Of a stretch of 64,000 bases of DNA, positions 10,299-20,533 are shown piece after piece; positions within the stretch are counted from its first letter, which is position 1; each line of letters opens with the position of its first letter. The notes under the pieces were generated by a model that saw nothing but the letters and a program-made list of their open reading frames with translations, made no database searches and had not been told where the DNA came from. Both the position numbers and the translations under genes were made by a program. Source of the stretch: an uncultured Actinomycetes bacterium (GTDB taxonomy: Bacteria > Actinomycetota > Actinomycetes > Streptosporangiales > Streptosporangiaceae); NCBI GenBank assembly GCA_963711485.1, contig CAVQEM010000084.1:50180-114179 (forward strand), in the 5' to 3' direction.

Positions 10299-10794
10299 GC
10301 CTTCTCACCCCACACCCAGATCCGCGGGGGGCTCGTGCGCTGTGCACACGTGACGCGCCGCTGTTGCGGAGCGTTACACCCGAAGGCACAAACCACCCCA
10401 CTCGGCGCAACGTCATAGCCGCCCGGATAGTTTCAGCGTCCACTAAGTACCCACCTGCAGGCAAATAGTCACGTTGAGCAGCAGTCACGACGAGTAACTG
10501 TCTTTGCGACCACAGTACACGTCGTGGCTTCTGGTGCTCTGGGTGGCACTACACCATTTAACGGGTTCGAGGTTCCGGAAGGGCCTCGTGGGATCTGGGT
10601 CGGTCTACGGCCGCTCCCACTCCTGGGCCAGCAACGCGAACGAGCGGACCCGGTCGGCATGGTCGTGAGTGATCGTGATGATGAGCCCCCTGGCTCCTCC
10701 CAGACCCGGCCCGGTCCCCCGGGCGGCCGCCGTCATGACGCTACGCCGCCACGCCCCGTAAGTCTATAAACCCGATCGGCATAGCATTCATTAG

Positions 10795-11586
10795 GTGGGG
10801 AGCCGCCGGCCAGCACGCCCAGGTGGGCGGTGCTCACGGCGTAGGGTCGGAGGGGTATCACGATGCGGCGAGAGGATACCCGTGCCCGCACCAGAGGCTG
10901 AGCCACTGCCGGTTCTCGATGCCCTGCACTCCACCCCGGCCCGCCGGTACTTGTCCCCCGAGCCGATCCCGGACGATGTCATCTGGGCCGTCCTCGACGC
11001 GGCCGTCCGCGGGCCGACCGGCGGCAACCGGCAGGGGTGGGGCTGGGTCGTGGTCACCGACCCGGCGATCAAGCAGCGGGTGGCCGGCTGGTACCTGGAG
11101 GGCTGGAACCGGGCCTACGGCAGCCGGCGGGACGAGATCCTGGCCGCGCCGGCCGGCGCGGACGGGCTGACCCCCCGCTCCTTCCTGGCCGCCGAGCACC
11201 TGGCAAACCATCTCGCCGAGGCCCCGGTGTGGATCTTCCCGGTGCTGCGGAACGCGGCCGGCGCGCGCAGCCCCCGGCTGGGCAGCTCTATTTACGGAGC
11301 GGTGCAGCAGCTCATCCTGGCCGCCCGGGCCTACGGGGTGGGTACCACCCTCACGACGCTGTACTCCGGCCACGAGGATGAGGTACGAGAGCTGCTCGGA
11401 CTGCCCGAGGACGCGCTCACCATGGGCCTGCTGCCGCTGGGGTACCCGGCCCGGGGCCGCTGGGCCCAGCCGAAACGCCGCCCGGTAGAAGAAGTGACGC
11501 ACTGGAACCAGTGGGGAGCCACCCGCCCCCGGCTGGAAGCCATCCCAGGGGGTGCATCCTCTCGCCGTCGGCCACCCTCCGGGTAG
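10795..11586 (+). CDS. nitroreductase family protein (start probably downstream, about 10881)
   Basis: LDALHSTPARRYLSPEPIPDDVIWAVLDAAVRGPTGGNRQGW is a classic nitroreductase N-terminus. Confidence 0.75.
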   Translation: MGSRRPARPGGRCSRRRVGGVSRCGERIPVPAPEAEPLPVLDALHSTPARRYLSPEPIPDDVIWAVLDAAVRGPTGGNRQGWGWVVVTDPAIKQRVAGWYLEGWNRAYGSRRDEILAAPAGADGLTPRSFLAAEHLANHLAEAPVWIFPVLRNAAGARSPRLGSSIYGAVQQLILAARAYGVGTTLTTLYSGHEDEVRELLGLPEDALTMGLLPLGYPARGRWAQPKRRPVEEVTHWNQWGATRPRLEAIPGGASSRRRPPSG

Positions 11587-11712
11587 CGGACTGGGGCGCA
11601 TTGACCTGCCGTCCGGCTGCTGCGAGCTGGACGGAGCGTGCCACACTCTGATGATCGAGCGGCTTGCTCAACCGGACGCGATTCCGCGTTCGAGCGAAAA
11701 GGGGGGGCCAAG

Positions 11713-12126
11713 ATGGCCGACAACGCGCAGTTCCTGCAGGGCCTTTACGAAGCGTTCGCCAAGGGCGACGTGCCGACCGTGCTGGCCGCCATGGACCCGG
11801 GGATCGAGTGGAACGAGGCGGAGCACAGCACCTTCTGGCCCGGTCATCCGTTCGTCGGGCCGGAGGCCGTCGTTGAGGGAATTTTCGCCCGCACCCAGGC
11901 AACCTTCGGTGACACGTTCCGTATCGAAATCGGGCGCCTCCTCGATAGCGGCTCGGTGGTGGTGATGGAGGGCCGTTACAAGGGGATCGCGCAAGCGACC
12001 GGGAAGGCCCTCGACGCACAGGTCACTCATGTGTGGGACATTGCCGACGGCAAGATCGCGAAGTTCCAGCAGCACACCGACACGTGGCAGTGGGCTGAGG
12101 CCACCGGTGAGACTCCCCTGCCCTGA
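11713..12126 (+). CDS. SnoaL-like / NTF2-fold protein
   Basis: ATG at 11713. The sequence (MADNAQFLQGLYEAFAKGDV...THVWDIADGKIAKFQQHTD) fits the ketosteroid-isomerase-like pattern. Confidence 0.7.
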   Translation: MADNAQFLQGLYEAFAKGDVPTVLAAMDPGIEWNEAEHSTFWPGHPFVGPEAVVEGIFARTQATFGDTFRIEIGRLLDSGSVVVMEGRYKGIAQATGKALDAQVTHVWDIADGKIAKFQQHTDTWQWAEATGETPLP

Positions 12127-12198
12127 CTTCAGGCCGGAGCAGACCGGTCCGCGGGCACTTCAGCGGGTGCGGGCACCTTGCCCTGGTGGAGCCCACTG

Positions 12199-12274
12199 TG
12201 GAGCCGGTGACCAGGATCGAACTGGTGACCTGCCGTTTACAAGACGGCTGCTCTGCCAACTGAGCTACACCGGC
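12199..12274 (-). tRNA. tRNA-Thr (anticodon UGU), CCA encoded
   Basis: The reverse complement reads GCCGGTGTAGCTCAGTTGGCAGAGCAGCCGTCTTGTAAACGGCAGGTCACCAGTTCGATCCTGGTCACCGGCTCCA. It has a 7-bp acceptor stem, a TPsiC arm GGTTCGATCC-like, and anticodon loop CT-TGT-AA. Confidence 0.9.
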
Positions 12275-12487
12275 GGGATGGCTGAATCGTAGCGGACCCG
12301 CCCTCTGGCGTGCGCCGCAGCCGCGCAGGCCGGAGCATCCGCCCTCCCGGGCCGGCTGGTGATTTCTAGTCATCCGGGGGGAGCAATCCGCGAATCTTTG
12401 TCCCGCCGGGGGGAGCCAAAACTTCGGTTAACCACGTACTATCCCGCTAACGCGGTCGCGTCACAAGGTCACAAGGTGGTGGGGCGA

Positions 12488-13198
12488 ATGACCGGACCGG
12501 TGCCCAGTGGTATCGACGAGATCGGCTTGCTGCCCGGCAGTCACGTCTGCGCCTTCTACCGCGGTGATACCGATCGCGACCGGCTGCTGAACGGGTACCT
12601 CGGTGCGGGGCTCACCGCCGGGGACAAGTGCATCTGCGTCGTGGACTCCGCGGACACCGCGGAGCGGCTCGGGTCACTGCCCGGTGCCGGCCGCGGGCCC
12701 GGGCACTGCGCCGGCCAGCTGGACATCCACCTGCCCGAATCGACCTACCTGGCTGGCGGCGAGTTCACCACCAGCGACATGCTCACGTTCTGGACCGAGA
12801 GCATGGTCAAGGCAGAGGTCGAGGGTTACTCCTTCTGCCGTCTCGTCGGCGAGATGACGTGGGCGCTGCGCGACGCGCCCGGGGTCGAGCACCTGGTCAG
12901 CTACGAGTCGGAGCTGAACCGGGTCACCTCCAGTTACCCCGTCGTCGTGCTCTGCCTGTATGACCTGGACCGCTTCAGCGGCGAGGTCGTGGTCAACATC
13001 GTCAAGACCCACCCGCAGGTGCTGATCCAGGGCATCCTCGTGGAGAACCCGTACTACGTCGGGCCGGATGAGTTCCTCGCGCCGGATGAGCACCTCGGGC
13101 CGGGTGAGCACCTCAGGCCGCCGGGTGAGCACCTCGGGCCGGGCACCCCCCGGTCGGCCAGAACCGTGCCCGCGGCCCCCCGGTCGGCAAGTGCCTGA
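12488..13198 (+). CDS. MEDS-domain sensor protein (DcmR-like), copy 1
   Basis: SHVCAFYRGDTDRDRLLNGYLGAGLTAGDKCICV ... VVLCLYDLDRF ... THPQVLIQG. It is a paralogue of 25028..25721. Confidence 0.75.
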   Translation: MTGPVPSGIDEIGLLPGSHVCAFYRGDTDRDRLLNGYLGAGLTAGDKCICVVDSADTAERLGSLPGAGRGPGHCAGQLDIHLPESTYLAGGEFTTSDMLTFWTESMVKAEVEGYSFCRLVGEMTWALRDAPGVEHLVSYESELNRVTSSYPVVVLCLYDLDRFSGEVVVNIVKTHPQVLIQGILVENPYYVGPDEFLAPDEHLGPGEHLRPPGEHLGPGTPRSARTVPAAPRSASA

Positions 13199-13210
13199 CC
13201 GGCGCCCCCG

Positions 13211-14935
13211 ATGACCGCCGACCAGACATCCCGGAACACCGCGGCCGTGGTGCGGCTGCCCCGGCGTCCCGGCCGGCCTGCCGACGCGGACCTGCGCGAG
13301 CGGCTGGGTGAGTTCCGGGCCCTGCTGGTGATCTCGCTGCTGATGACCGAGTCCGTCAACGAGGAGCAGATCCTCGAACTGGCCGCCTCCAGCGCTCCCG
13401 GGCTCGGTCCCTGGCTGATCGAGGGCTACGGGTTCACCGACGGCCAGTGGCGTCCCGGACCGGGCCAGCCCGCGGCCGCGCCGGGCGGCCTGACCGGTCA
13501 GCTGGCCAGCCTGGGCAGCGCGGGCGGCCTGGTTGACCTGCCCGGCCGCCCGTGGGCGTGGGCCTACCCGCTGCGCGGCATCGCCGGGCCGCTCGGCCAC
13601 CTGGTCGCCTCCTGCGACGTGGAACCCTCCGCCGGGCAGCGGTTCATGATCCAGGTCATCGCGCAGCAGACGGGCGTGGCCGTATCCAACGCGCGGCTGC
13701 ACGCCCGGGAGCGCGCCACCGCGGCCGAACTCGCCGCCACCAACGAGGCGCTCGCCGAGAGCGTCACCACCCTGCAGCGCAGCATGGACATCCACCAGCG
13801 GCTGACCAGGGTGGCGGTCTCCGGCGAAGGCCAGCCCGGTATCGCCCGGGCCCTGCACGAGCTCACCGGGATGCCGGTCTCGATCGAGGACCGCTACGGG
13901 AACCTGACCGCCTGGGCCGGCCCCGGGCAGCCGGTCCCGTACCCGAAGGAGTCCTTCGCCCAGCGCGAGCACCTGCTCCGCCGGCTGATGCGGGCCAGCT
14001 CACCGACCCGGGACGGGGAGCGGCTCATCCTGCTCGCCTCGCCGCGGACCGACGTGATGGGGGTCCTGGCCCTCATCGACCCGGAGCGGCGCGCCGACCA
14101 CGCCGATCTCGTGGCCCTGGAGCACGGCGCGACCGTCTTGTCCATGGAACTGGCCCGGCTGCGCGGCATCGCCGACGCGGAACTGCGGCTGCGCCGCGAC
14201 CTGGTCCATGACCTGCTGGCCGGGACCGACGACGAGAGCGCGCTGACCCGCGCCGAGGCGCTGGACTACGACCTGCGGCGGCCGCACCGGGTGGTGATCG
14301 TGGAAGGCAAGGGCCGGGCCCGGGCCCACGATGCGCTGCTCAGCGCGGTCCGGCGGGCCATGCGCCAGGCCCGGCAGGACGGGCTGTTCGAAACCTGGTC
14401 CGGCAACGTCGCGGTGATCACCGCAGGCCAGACGGACTGGGAGCAGCTGCGCCGCGCGATCATGTCCGACCTCGGCGGACAGGTCCGCGTGGGGGTGGGC
14501 GGCACCGCGGGCCAGCCCTCCGAGCTGACCCGGTCCCTGCGCGAAGCCGGCCTCGCGCTGCGGCTGCAGAAGACACTGCTGCCCGGCAACAGCGCCTGCG
14601 AGTACCCCAAGCTCGGCATCTTCCGGATGCTGGCGGCCATCCCGGACCTCACCGACGTGGACTCGTTCGTCCGGGAGTGGCTCGGCAGCCTGCTCGACTA
14701 CGACGCGCGCCGCAAGGCCGAGCTGGTGCACACGCTGACCCAGTACCTGGAGCACGGCGGCAATTACGACGCCACCGCCGCCGCGCTGTCGGTGCACAAG
14801 AGCACGCTGAAGTACCGGCTGCAGCGGATCCGCGAGCTCACCGGCCTGGAGCTGAACGACCCCGACGTGCACTTCAACCTGCAGCTCGCCACCCGGGCGT
14901 GGGGCACGCTGCAGGCCCTGCACGACGAGCGCTGA
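13211..14935 (+). CDS. PucR/CdaR-family transcriptional regulator (GAF-like N-terminus, PucR C-terminal HTH), copy 1
   Basis: C-terminus YLEHGGNYDATAAALSVHKSTLKYRLQRIRELTG. Starts 12 nt after the MEDS gene. Confidence 0.8.
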   Translation: MTADQTSRNTAAVVRLPRRPGRPADADLRERLGEFRALLVISLLMTESVNEEQILELAASSAPGLGPWLIEGYGFTDGQWRPGPGQPAAAPGGLTGQLASLGSAGGLVDLPGRPWAWAYPLRGIAGPLGHLVASCDVEPSAGQRFMIQVIAQQTGVAVSNARLHARERATAAELAATNEALAESVTTLQRSMDIHQRLTRVAVSGEGQPGIARALHELTGMPVSIEDRYGNLTAWAGPGQPVPYPKESFAQREHLLRRLMRASSPTRDGERLILLASPRTDVMGVLALIDPERRADHADLVALEHGATVLSMELARLRGIADAELRLRRDLVHDLLAGTDDESALTRAEALDYDLRRPHRVVIVEGKGRARAHDALLSAVRRAMRQARQDGLFETWSGNVAVITAGQTDWEQLRRAIMSDLGGQVRVGVGGTAGQPSELTRSLREAGLALRLQKTLLPGNSACEYPKLGIFRMLAAIPDLTDVDSFVREWLGSLLDYDARRKAELVHTLTQYLEHGGNYDATAAALSVHKSTLKYRLQRIRELTGLELNDPDVHFNLQLATRAWGTLQALHDER

Positions 14936-15174
14936 GCTCTGCTGCTCCGGGGGGACGACCCCCCTGGACCCCCCGCTCGCCGCTTCGCGCCGAACGCCGG
15001 CTCCGCGAGCACCCGCCTGCGGCGGGCCTCGCCTCGCCAGCGCGCTAACCCGGCAAGGGTAAGGCCGGCCCGTTCTTCGTCCCCCGGGTGACCTGCCCCG
15101 CCCGTGCGCCGCTGGCGATGCTGAACAAACAGCCAGCCACCGGTGAGCCGACCACAGGCACGGAGGGATCAGGG

Positions 15175-16833
15175 ATGATCGACGTACGCAACCCGGGCGA
15201 CGGATTCAGGTCGTTGCGGGCGCGGATCGCCGCGCTCGGGACACTCGGCGACCGTGACCGCGGCGCGGACGGCGCCCCGCTGACTGTGGGCGAGTGGGCC
15301 CTGCTGATCGACGACATCGTGGACCACCCGGCGGACAACACCGAGGGCCTGTGGAACGTGGCCGGGCCGGACGAGGACAACCGCGAGTACGACGCGATCT
15401 TCGTGGGCGGCGGCGCGAGCGGCCGCTTCGGCTCGGCCTTCCTGAAGGCCCGGGGCGGCCGCCAGCTCACCATCGACGCGTGGCCGTTCCTCGGCGGCTC
15501 CTGCCCGCACCAGGCCTGCGTGCCGCATCACCTGTTCTCCGAGGCCGCCCGGGAGATGGACCTGGCCCGGCACATGCAGGGCCGCCTGTGGTACCCGCCG
15601 TTCGACGAGAAGCGGGCCAGCATCCAGGAGATCGTCGACCTGTTCAAGGCCGGCCGGATGTACCCGCACGCCATCATGAACTGGCAGTCCAAGGAACAGC
15701 TGGACATGGAGTTCATCCTGAACACCCCGGCCAGGATCATCGACGCCCACACGGTCGAGGTGGAGGGCCGCCGGTTCACCGCCCGGAACCTGGTGCTGTG
15801 CACCGGCGCGCGGACCAGGTACCCGGACATCCCCGGCATCGGGATCAAGGGCGTGTTCGACTTCGCCACGCTCATCGAGGACCTGGACTACGAGCCGAAC
15901 CGCTGCGTGATCATCGGCGGATCCAAGGTGGCCCTGGAGTACGGGTCGTTCTTCCAGGCCACCGGCTGCCAGACCACGATCCTGACCCGCAGCCCGCTGA
16001 TGGAGACGGCCAGCCTGCACCACGTGGACGCGGGCCTGCGCGAGTACGTGGTCGCGATGATGGCCGACCGGGGCATCGAGATCATCGAGGGTGCCGAACC
16101 GCTCGAGGTGCTCGGCAACGGCAAGGTCACGGGGGTCCGCTACCAGGAGCCGGGCGGCGCGATCCGGCAGATCGACACCGATTTCGTGTTCGTCGGCACC
16201 GGCGAGCGTCCCGACCTCAGCATGTACGCGCCCCTCGGGCTGGCCACCGACGAGCGAGGGTTCGTGATCGCGGACACCCACATGCGCACCTCGGTGCCCG
16301 GGGTGTACGCGGCCGGTGACCTGGTCGGCCCGCCGATGGAGATGTTCAAGGCGCGCAAGTGCGGGGTGGGCGCGGCCCGCAACATCATGGGCGAGGACTA
16401 CGAGTTCGACTTCACCGAGTACCCGGACTTCCTGCACACCACGTACGAGGTGACCTGGTGCGGCCTGTCCGAGGCGGAAGCGAAGGCGAAGTACCGGAAC
16501 GTGATCAAGATCCAGATGCCGCCGGACGACGCCGACCCGGAGACGTTCGCGCTCCCGGCCGCCGAGGGCTCGATGCTGTACGCGTTCACCCGGCCGATCC
16601 TGTCCGGCTGGCTCAAGCTGGTCATCGACGCGGACAGCCGCAAGGTCCTCGGCGCGCACCACGTCGGGTACGGGGCCAAGGACGCGTTCCAGTACATCGA
16701 CTACCTGATCCGCCTGCCCGAGGGCTTCACCATGGACCAGATGGCCGAGCTGAACGAGCTGTTCCTCAACCCGGAGCACTTCATCCAGCTGTGCCGGCTG
16801 CGCGCGGGCCAGAGCAGCCCGGTGAACCTGTGA
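15175..16833 (+). CDS. xecC: NADPH:2-ketopropyl-CoM oxidoreductase/carboxylase (2-KPCC)-type disulfide oxidoreductase
   Basis: GGAGGG RBS sits 6 nt upstream. Motifs: EYDAIFVGGGASGRFGSAFL, WPFLGGSCPHQACVPHHLF (redox CxxxxC), GPPMEMFKARK, GAHHVGYGAKDAFQY, and ELFLNPEHFIQLCRLRAG in place of the usual HPT..E His-Glu dyad. Confidence 0.85.
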   Translation: MIDVRNPGDGFRSLRARIAALGTLGDRDRGADGAPLTVGEWALLIDDIVDHPADNTEGLWNVAGPDEDNREYDAIFVGGGASGRFGSAFLKARGGRQLTIDAWPFLGGSCPHQACVPHHLFSEAAREMDLARHMQGRLWYPPFDEKRASIQEIVDLFKAGRMYPHAIMNWQSKEQLDMEFILNTPARIIDAHTVEVEGRRFTARNLVLCTGARTRYPDIPGIGIKGVFDFATLIEDLDYEPNRCVIIGGSKVALEYGSFFQATGCQTTILTRSPLMETASLHHVDAGLREYVVAMMADRGIEIIEGAEPLEVLGNGKVTGVRYQEPGGAIRQIDTDFVFVGTGERPDLSMYAPLGLATDERGFVIADTHMRTSVPGVYAAGDLVGPPMEMFKARKCGVGAARNIMGEDYEFDFTEYPDFLHTTYEVTWCGLSEAEAKAKYRNVIKIQMPPDDADPETFALPAAEGSMLYAFTRPILSGWLKLVIDADSRKVLGAHHVGYGAKDAFQYIDYLIRLPEGFTMDQMAELNELFLNPEHFIQLCRLRAGQSSPVNL

Positions 16834-17573
16834 TGCCGCCGCCACCGGACCATCCGCGGGTCGCCGTGGTCACCGGGGGCGCCTCCGGGATCGGCCTGGC
16901 CACCTGCGGGCGGCTGGCCGGCGAGGGCTTCACCGTGGCCGCGCTGGACATGAAGCCGGACGGCGCGGCCGGGACGGCGGCGATGGCTCTGCGCTGCGAC
17001 GTCACCGAGCCCGGCGACGTGGACCAGGCCATGAGCGAGGTCGCCGCGCGACTCGGCCCCATCGACGTCCTGGTCAACAACGCCGGCATCACCGGCTCCC
17101 AGGCCGCGGCTCGCTGCCACGAGACCCCGGTGGCGGAGTGGGACCGGGTCCAGGCGGTCAACGTGCGCGGCCCGTTCCTGTGCAGCCGCGCGGTGCTGCC
17201 GTCCATGATCGCTCGCGGGTCCGGCCACATCATCACGATCGCGTCGATCGCCGGGCTGGTCGCCTTCCCGGGCCGGTGCGCGTACACCGCGTCCAAGGGT
17301 GCGGCGCTGATGCTCACCCGGTCGATCGCGGTGGACTACGCGGCGGCCGGCATCCGGGCCAACGCCGTCTGCCCGGGCATGGTGTACACCCCGATGACCA
17401 GCTGGCGGCTGGACCAGCCGGACCTGCGGGCCCAGGTGGAAGACCGGATCCCGATGGGGCGGGTGGCCGAGCCCGCCGAGATCGCGGACGCGGTCGCGCT
17501 GCTGGCTTCCGGGCGGCTCGGCTACATGACCGGCCACCCGCTGGTCGTGGACGGCGGGATGTCAGCCCTGTAA
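16833..17573 (+). CDS. short-chain dehydrogenase/reductase (candidate 2-hydroxyalkyl-CoM dehydrogenase)
   Basis: TGGASGIG, NNAG and YTASK motifs. The start overlaps the 2-KPCC stop (TGATG). Confidence 0.8.
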   Translation: MPPPPDHPRVAVVTGGASGIGLATCGRLAGEGFTVAALDMKPDGAAGTAAMALRCDVTEPGDVDQAMSEVAARLGPIDVLVNNAGITGSQAAARCHETPVAEWDRVQAVNVRGPFLCSRAVLPSMIARGSGHIITIASIAGLVAFPGRCAYTASKGAALMLTRSIAVDYAAAGIRANAVCPGMVYTPMTSWRLDQPDLRAQVEDRIPMGRVAEPAEIADAVALLASGRLGYMTGHPLVVDGGMSAL

Positions 17574-17626
17574 GCGCAGGGACCGGCGGCGGACGGTTTT
17601 CGTTGCGGAAAAAAAGGCGGGACACG

Positions 17627-18400
17627 ATGACAGGCAAGCTGACGGGCAAGACAGCCGTGGTGACCGGGGCGGGGTCGGGGATCGGCCGGGCCGCCGCCAC
17701 GCTGTTCGCCCGCGAGGGCGCGGCGGTGGCGGTGCTGGACCTCGACGCCGACGCGGCCAAGACGGCGGCGGAGGAGATTACCGCCTCCGGCGGCACGGCG
17801 ATCGCCGTCGCGGCGAACGTCGCCGACCGGCTGCAGGTCGCCAGCGCCTTCGACCAGGTCTCTAACGGCTTCGGGCGTATCGACGTGCTTTACAACAACG
17901 CGGGTGTGAACAGCAGCGGGTCGGTCATCGACGCCAGTGACGATGACTGGGACCGGAGCTTCGCGGTGAACGCAAAGGGCACGTTCCTGTGCTCCCAGGC
18001 CGCCGCGCCGTCGATGGTGGCGGCCGGCGGCGGGTCGATCATCAACCAGGGCTCGGTCGCCGCCCTGGTCGGCATCGCGAACTTCGCCTCCTACTGCGCG
18101 TCCAAGGGGGCGGTGGTCGCGCTGACCAGGTCGATGTCCGTGGACCTGGCCCCGCGCGGGGTCCGGGTCAACGTGATCTGCCCGGGCACGGTGTACACGC
18201 CGCTGATGGAGCCCATGCTGCGGGCCCGCGGTGGCGGGGACATGGCGGCCGGGCTGGCGCTGACCGTGGCCAAGTACCCGATCGGCCGGCTCGGCACGCC
18301 GGAGGAGATCGCCGCGGTCGCGCTGTTCCTGGCCAGCGACGACTCCTCGTTCCTGACCGGCTCGGTGATCACCGCGGACGGCGGCATGACTTCCCAGTGA
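17627..18400 (+). CDS. short-chain dehydrogenase/reductase (second candidate 2-hydroxyalkyl-CoM dehydrogenase)
   Basis: TGAGSGIG, NNAG and YCASK motifs. It is the third gene of the 2-KPCC operon. Confidence 0.8.
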   Translation: MTGKLTGKTAVVTGAGSGIGRAAATLFAREGAAVAVLDLDADAAKTAAEEITASGGTAIAVAANVADRLQVASAFDQVSNGFGRIDVLYNNAGVNSSGSVIDASDDDWDRSFAVNAKGTFLCSQAAAPSMVAAGGGSIINQGSVAALVGIANFASYCASKGAVVALTRSMSVDLAPRGVRVNVICPGTVYTPLMEPMLRARGGGDMAAGLALTVAKYPIGRLGTPEEIAAVALFLASDDSSFLTGSVITADGGMTSQ

Positions 18401-18471
18401 CTCACCCAGCCCTACTCCCACCACCATCAGCCCCACACGCCCCGCCAGCCCCCGCACCTCTCGCATCCTTG

Positions 18472-18491
18472 TCGTGATCAACTGATCACGA
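18472..18491. promoter_or_regulatory. perfect 9+2+9 palindrome tcgtgatca-ac-tgatcacga (candidate operator)
   Basis: Read directly from the sequence. AT-richer than its surroundings and lies between the SDR stop and the PucR copy 2 start. Confidence 0.3.
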
Positions 18492-18529
18492 GGGGCTTGC
18501 GGCGGAGGCCTGCCCTCGGGGGACCAAAC

Positions 18530-18544
18530 TGTCCTGGCGGGACA
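18530..18544. promoter_or_regulatory. palindrome TGTCC-N5-GGACA (candidate operator)
   Basis: Sequence tgtcctggcgggaca. Related half-sites occur at 12397-12407 and 28149-28158 in other island promoters. Confidence 0.25.
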
Positions 18545-18717
18545 AAATCAGGGGCGGGGTTTGCCTCCGGACTCCGTTAGTTCTGCGCCCGGATTCTTCT
18601 ACGCTCCGGGTGACCTACCTGATCCACGGGGCGGTGGAGCGTGGGCACAGTTGAGTCACCGGCAGGCACAGCACCGGCAGGACAGCCGGCGGCCGCCGCC
18701 GCCCGTGCCGCGACGAG

Positions 18718-20437
18718 GTGGTCCTGCTCCGCAGCCAGCTGACCAACCTGCGGGCGCTCCTGGTGCTGTCCATCCTGATGACCGAGAGCGCGGACGACCA
18801 GCAGATCCTGCGGCTGGCCACGTCCGCGGCCGCCTCACTGGGCAGCTGGCAGATCGCGGGTTTCGTGATCGGGGACGCGTGGTGGGCCGGCAGCCGCCGC
18901 TGCGGCGCCCCCGGCCCGGAGCTGGCCGCCGAGCTCCAGGCCCTGCCCGAGGCCGGCGGGCCAGTGACCAGCCTGGACGCCGGGTGGGCCTGGGCGTACC
19001 CGTTGCGGAGCATCGCGGGGCGGCTCGGCCACCTGATCGTGCACGCCGCGCGCGAGCCCGCGGTCGAGGAACAGTTCCTGGCCCAGGTGCTCGCCCAGCA
19101 GACCGGGGTGGCGGTATCCAACGCCCAGCTGCACGTGCGGGAGCGGGACATCGCGGAGCAGCTGGCCGCCACCAACGGCGCGCTCGAGGAGACGGTCGCC
19201 ACGCTGCGCCACGGCATGGCCATCCACGAGCGGCTCACCCGGGTCGCAGCGGCCGGCGAGGGCGCGGCCGGCATCGCCGAGGCGCTGCACGACCTGACCG
19301 GGCTCGCGGTCGCGGTGGAGGACCGCTACGGCAACCTGTCCGCGTGGTCCGGCCCGGGCCAGCCGGCCCGGTACCCGAAACTCGCCGCCTACGAGCGGGA
19401 GCAGCTGCTGCGCCTGCTGATGACCGCCGGCCGGTCGGTCCGCGACGGCGACCGCGTGGTCGCCCTGGCTTCGCCCCGCCCCGGCGTGCTCGGGCTGCTC
19501 GCCCTGATGGATCCCGGGCACCAGGCGGGCACCACGGACGTGATGGCCCTGGAGCACGGCGCCACCGTCCTCGCCGTCGAGCTGGCCCGGCTGCGCGGGC
19601 TGGCCGACACCGAACTGCGGGTCCGCCGCGAGCTGGTGCACGACCTGCTGACCGGCACCGACGACGAGAGCGCCCGCCTGCGCGCCGAGGCGCTCGGGTA
19701 CGACCTGGGGCGGCCGCACCAGGTGGCGGTGGTGGAGGTGGCCGAGAGCTCGCCGGCCCAGGAGGAGGTGCTGCACGCCACCCGCCGGGTGCTGCGCCAC
19801 CAGCACCGGCCCTGCCTGCTGGGCAGCATGGCGGGCACGGTGGTGATCGTGGCGCCAGCCATTTCGCCGGCCGCGCCGGGTGCGCCGGATGCGCCGGGTG
19901 GGCCGGGTGGCCTGCCACGGCGACCGCGCCGGCTGGGAAGCGCTGCGCGCCGGCATCGTGGCCGAGCTGGGCGGCAGCCGCTGCCGGATCGGCGTCGGCG
20001 ACGCCTACCCGCGGCCCTCGGAGCTGTCCCGCTCGCTGCGCGAGGCGCGGCTCGCGCTGCGGATGCAGGAGGCGTCCGCGTCGGCCGAGCGGACCTCGGT
20101 GTTCGCGGACCTCGACGTGCTGCGGATGCTGGCCGCGGTGGACGACCTGACCGATGTGGAGGCGTTCGTCCTCAAGTGGCTCGGCACGCTGGCGTCCTAC
20201 GACGAGCGCAAGCACACCGAGCTGGTCAAGACGCTGATCCAGTACCTGCAGCACGGCGGCGGGTACGAGGCCACCTCCCGGGCGCTGTCCGTGCACCGCA
20301 GCACGCTGAAGTACCGGCTGCAGCGGATCCGCGAGCTGACCGGCTTCGACCTGGGCAACCCCGAGACCCACTTCAACCTGCAGCTCGCGACCCGGGCCTA
20401 CGTGACCCTCCAGGCCCTCGGCGATACTCCGGCCTGA
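18718..20437 (+). CDS. PucR/CdaR-family regulator, copy 2, with a frame break near 19905-19915
   Basis: The N-terminal 380 aa (frame of 18718) and C-terminal 170 aa (frame of 19880, ...YLQHGGGYEATSRALSVHRSTLKYRLQRIRELTG) are both collinear with copy 1. The break lies in a gcgccgg-rich repeat. Confidence 0.7.
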
Positions 20438-20533
20438 ACCGGGGCGGCCTGAGCCTGCGTGTCGCACGGACTGCGCTCGGTTGGGCCTGCCAGGACGAGG
20501 CCCGGTGCGCGGCGCCACCGTAGCGTCCTGGCC

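Noticed and set aside
10605-10736. 43-codon ORF on the minus strand ending LIITITHDHADRVRSFALLAQEWERP, resembling the C-terminus of an ABC-transporter ATPase
   Set aside because: Too short to support as a gene. It is probably a relic fragment in the 490-nt LCP/nitroreductase intergenic region. I recognised no ncRNA there either.
12199-12487. tRNA-Thr as the integration site of the CoM island
   Set aside because: The island lies on the 5' side of the tRNA gene, whereas integrases normally target the 3' end. No integrase is present, and I could find no direct repeat of the tRNA 3' segment by eye. The island GC content is indistinguishable from the flanks.
14953-14978. Hairpin tccgggggg-acga-cccccctgga after PucR copy 1 as a terminator
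   Set aside because: The stem is imperfect (bulged) and short. It sits upstream of the 2-KPCC promoter region and could equally be chance in G/C-run-rich DNA.
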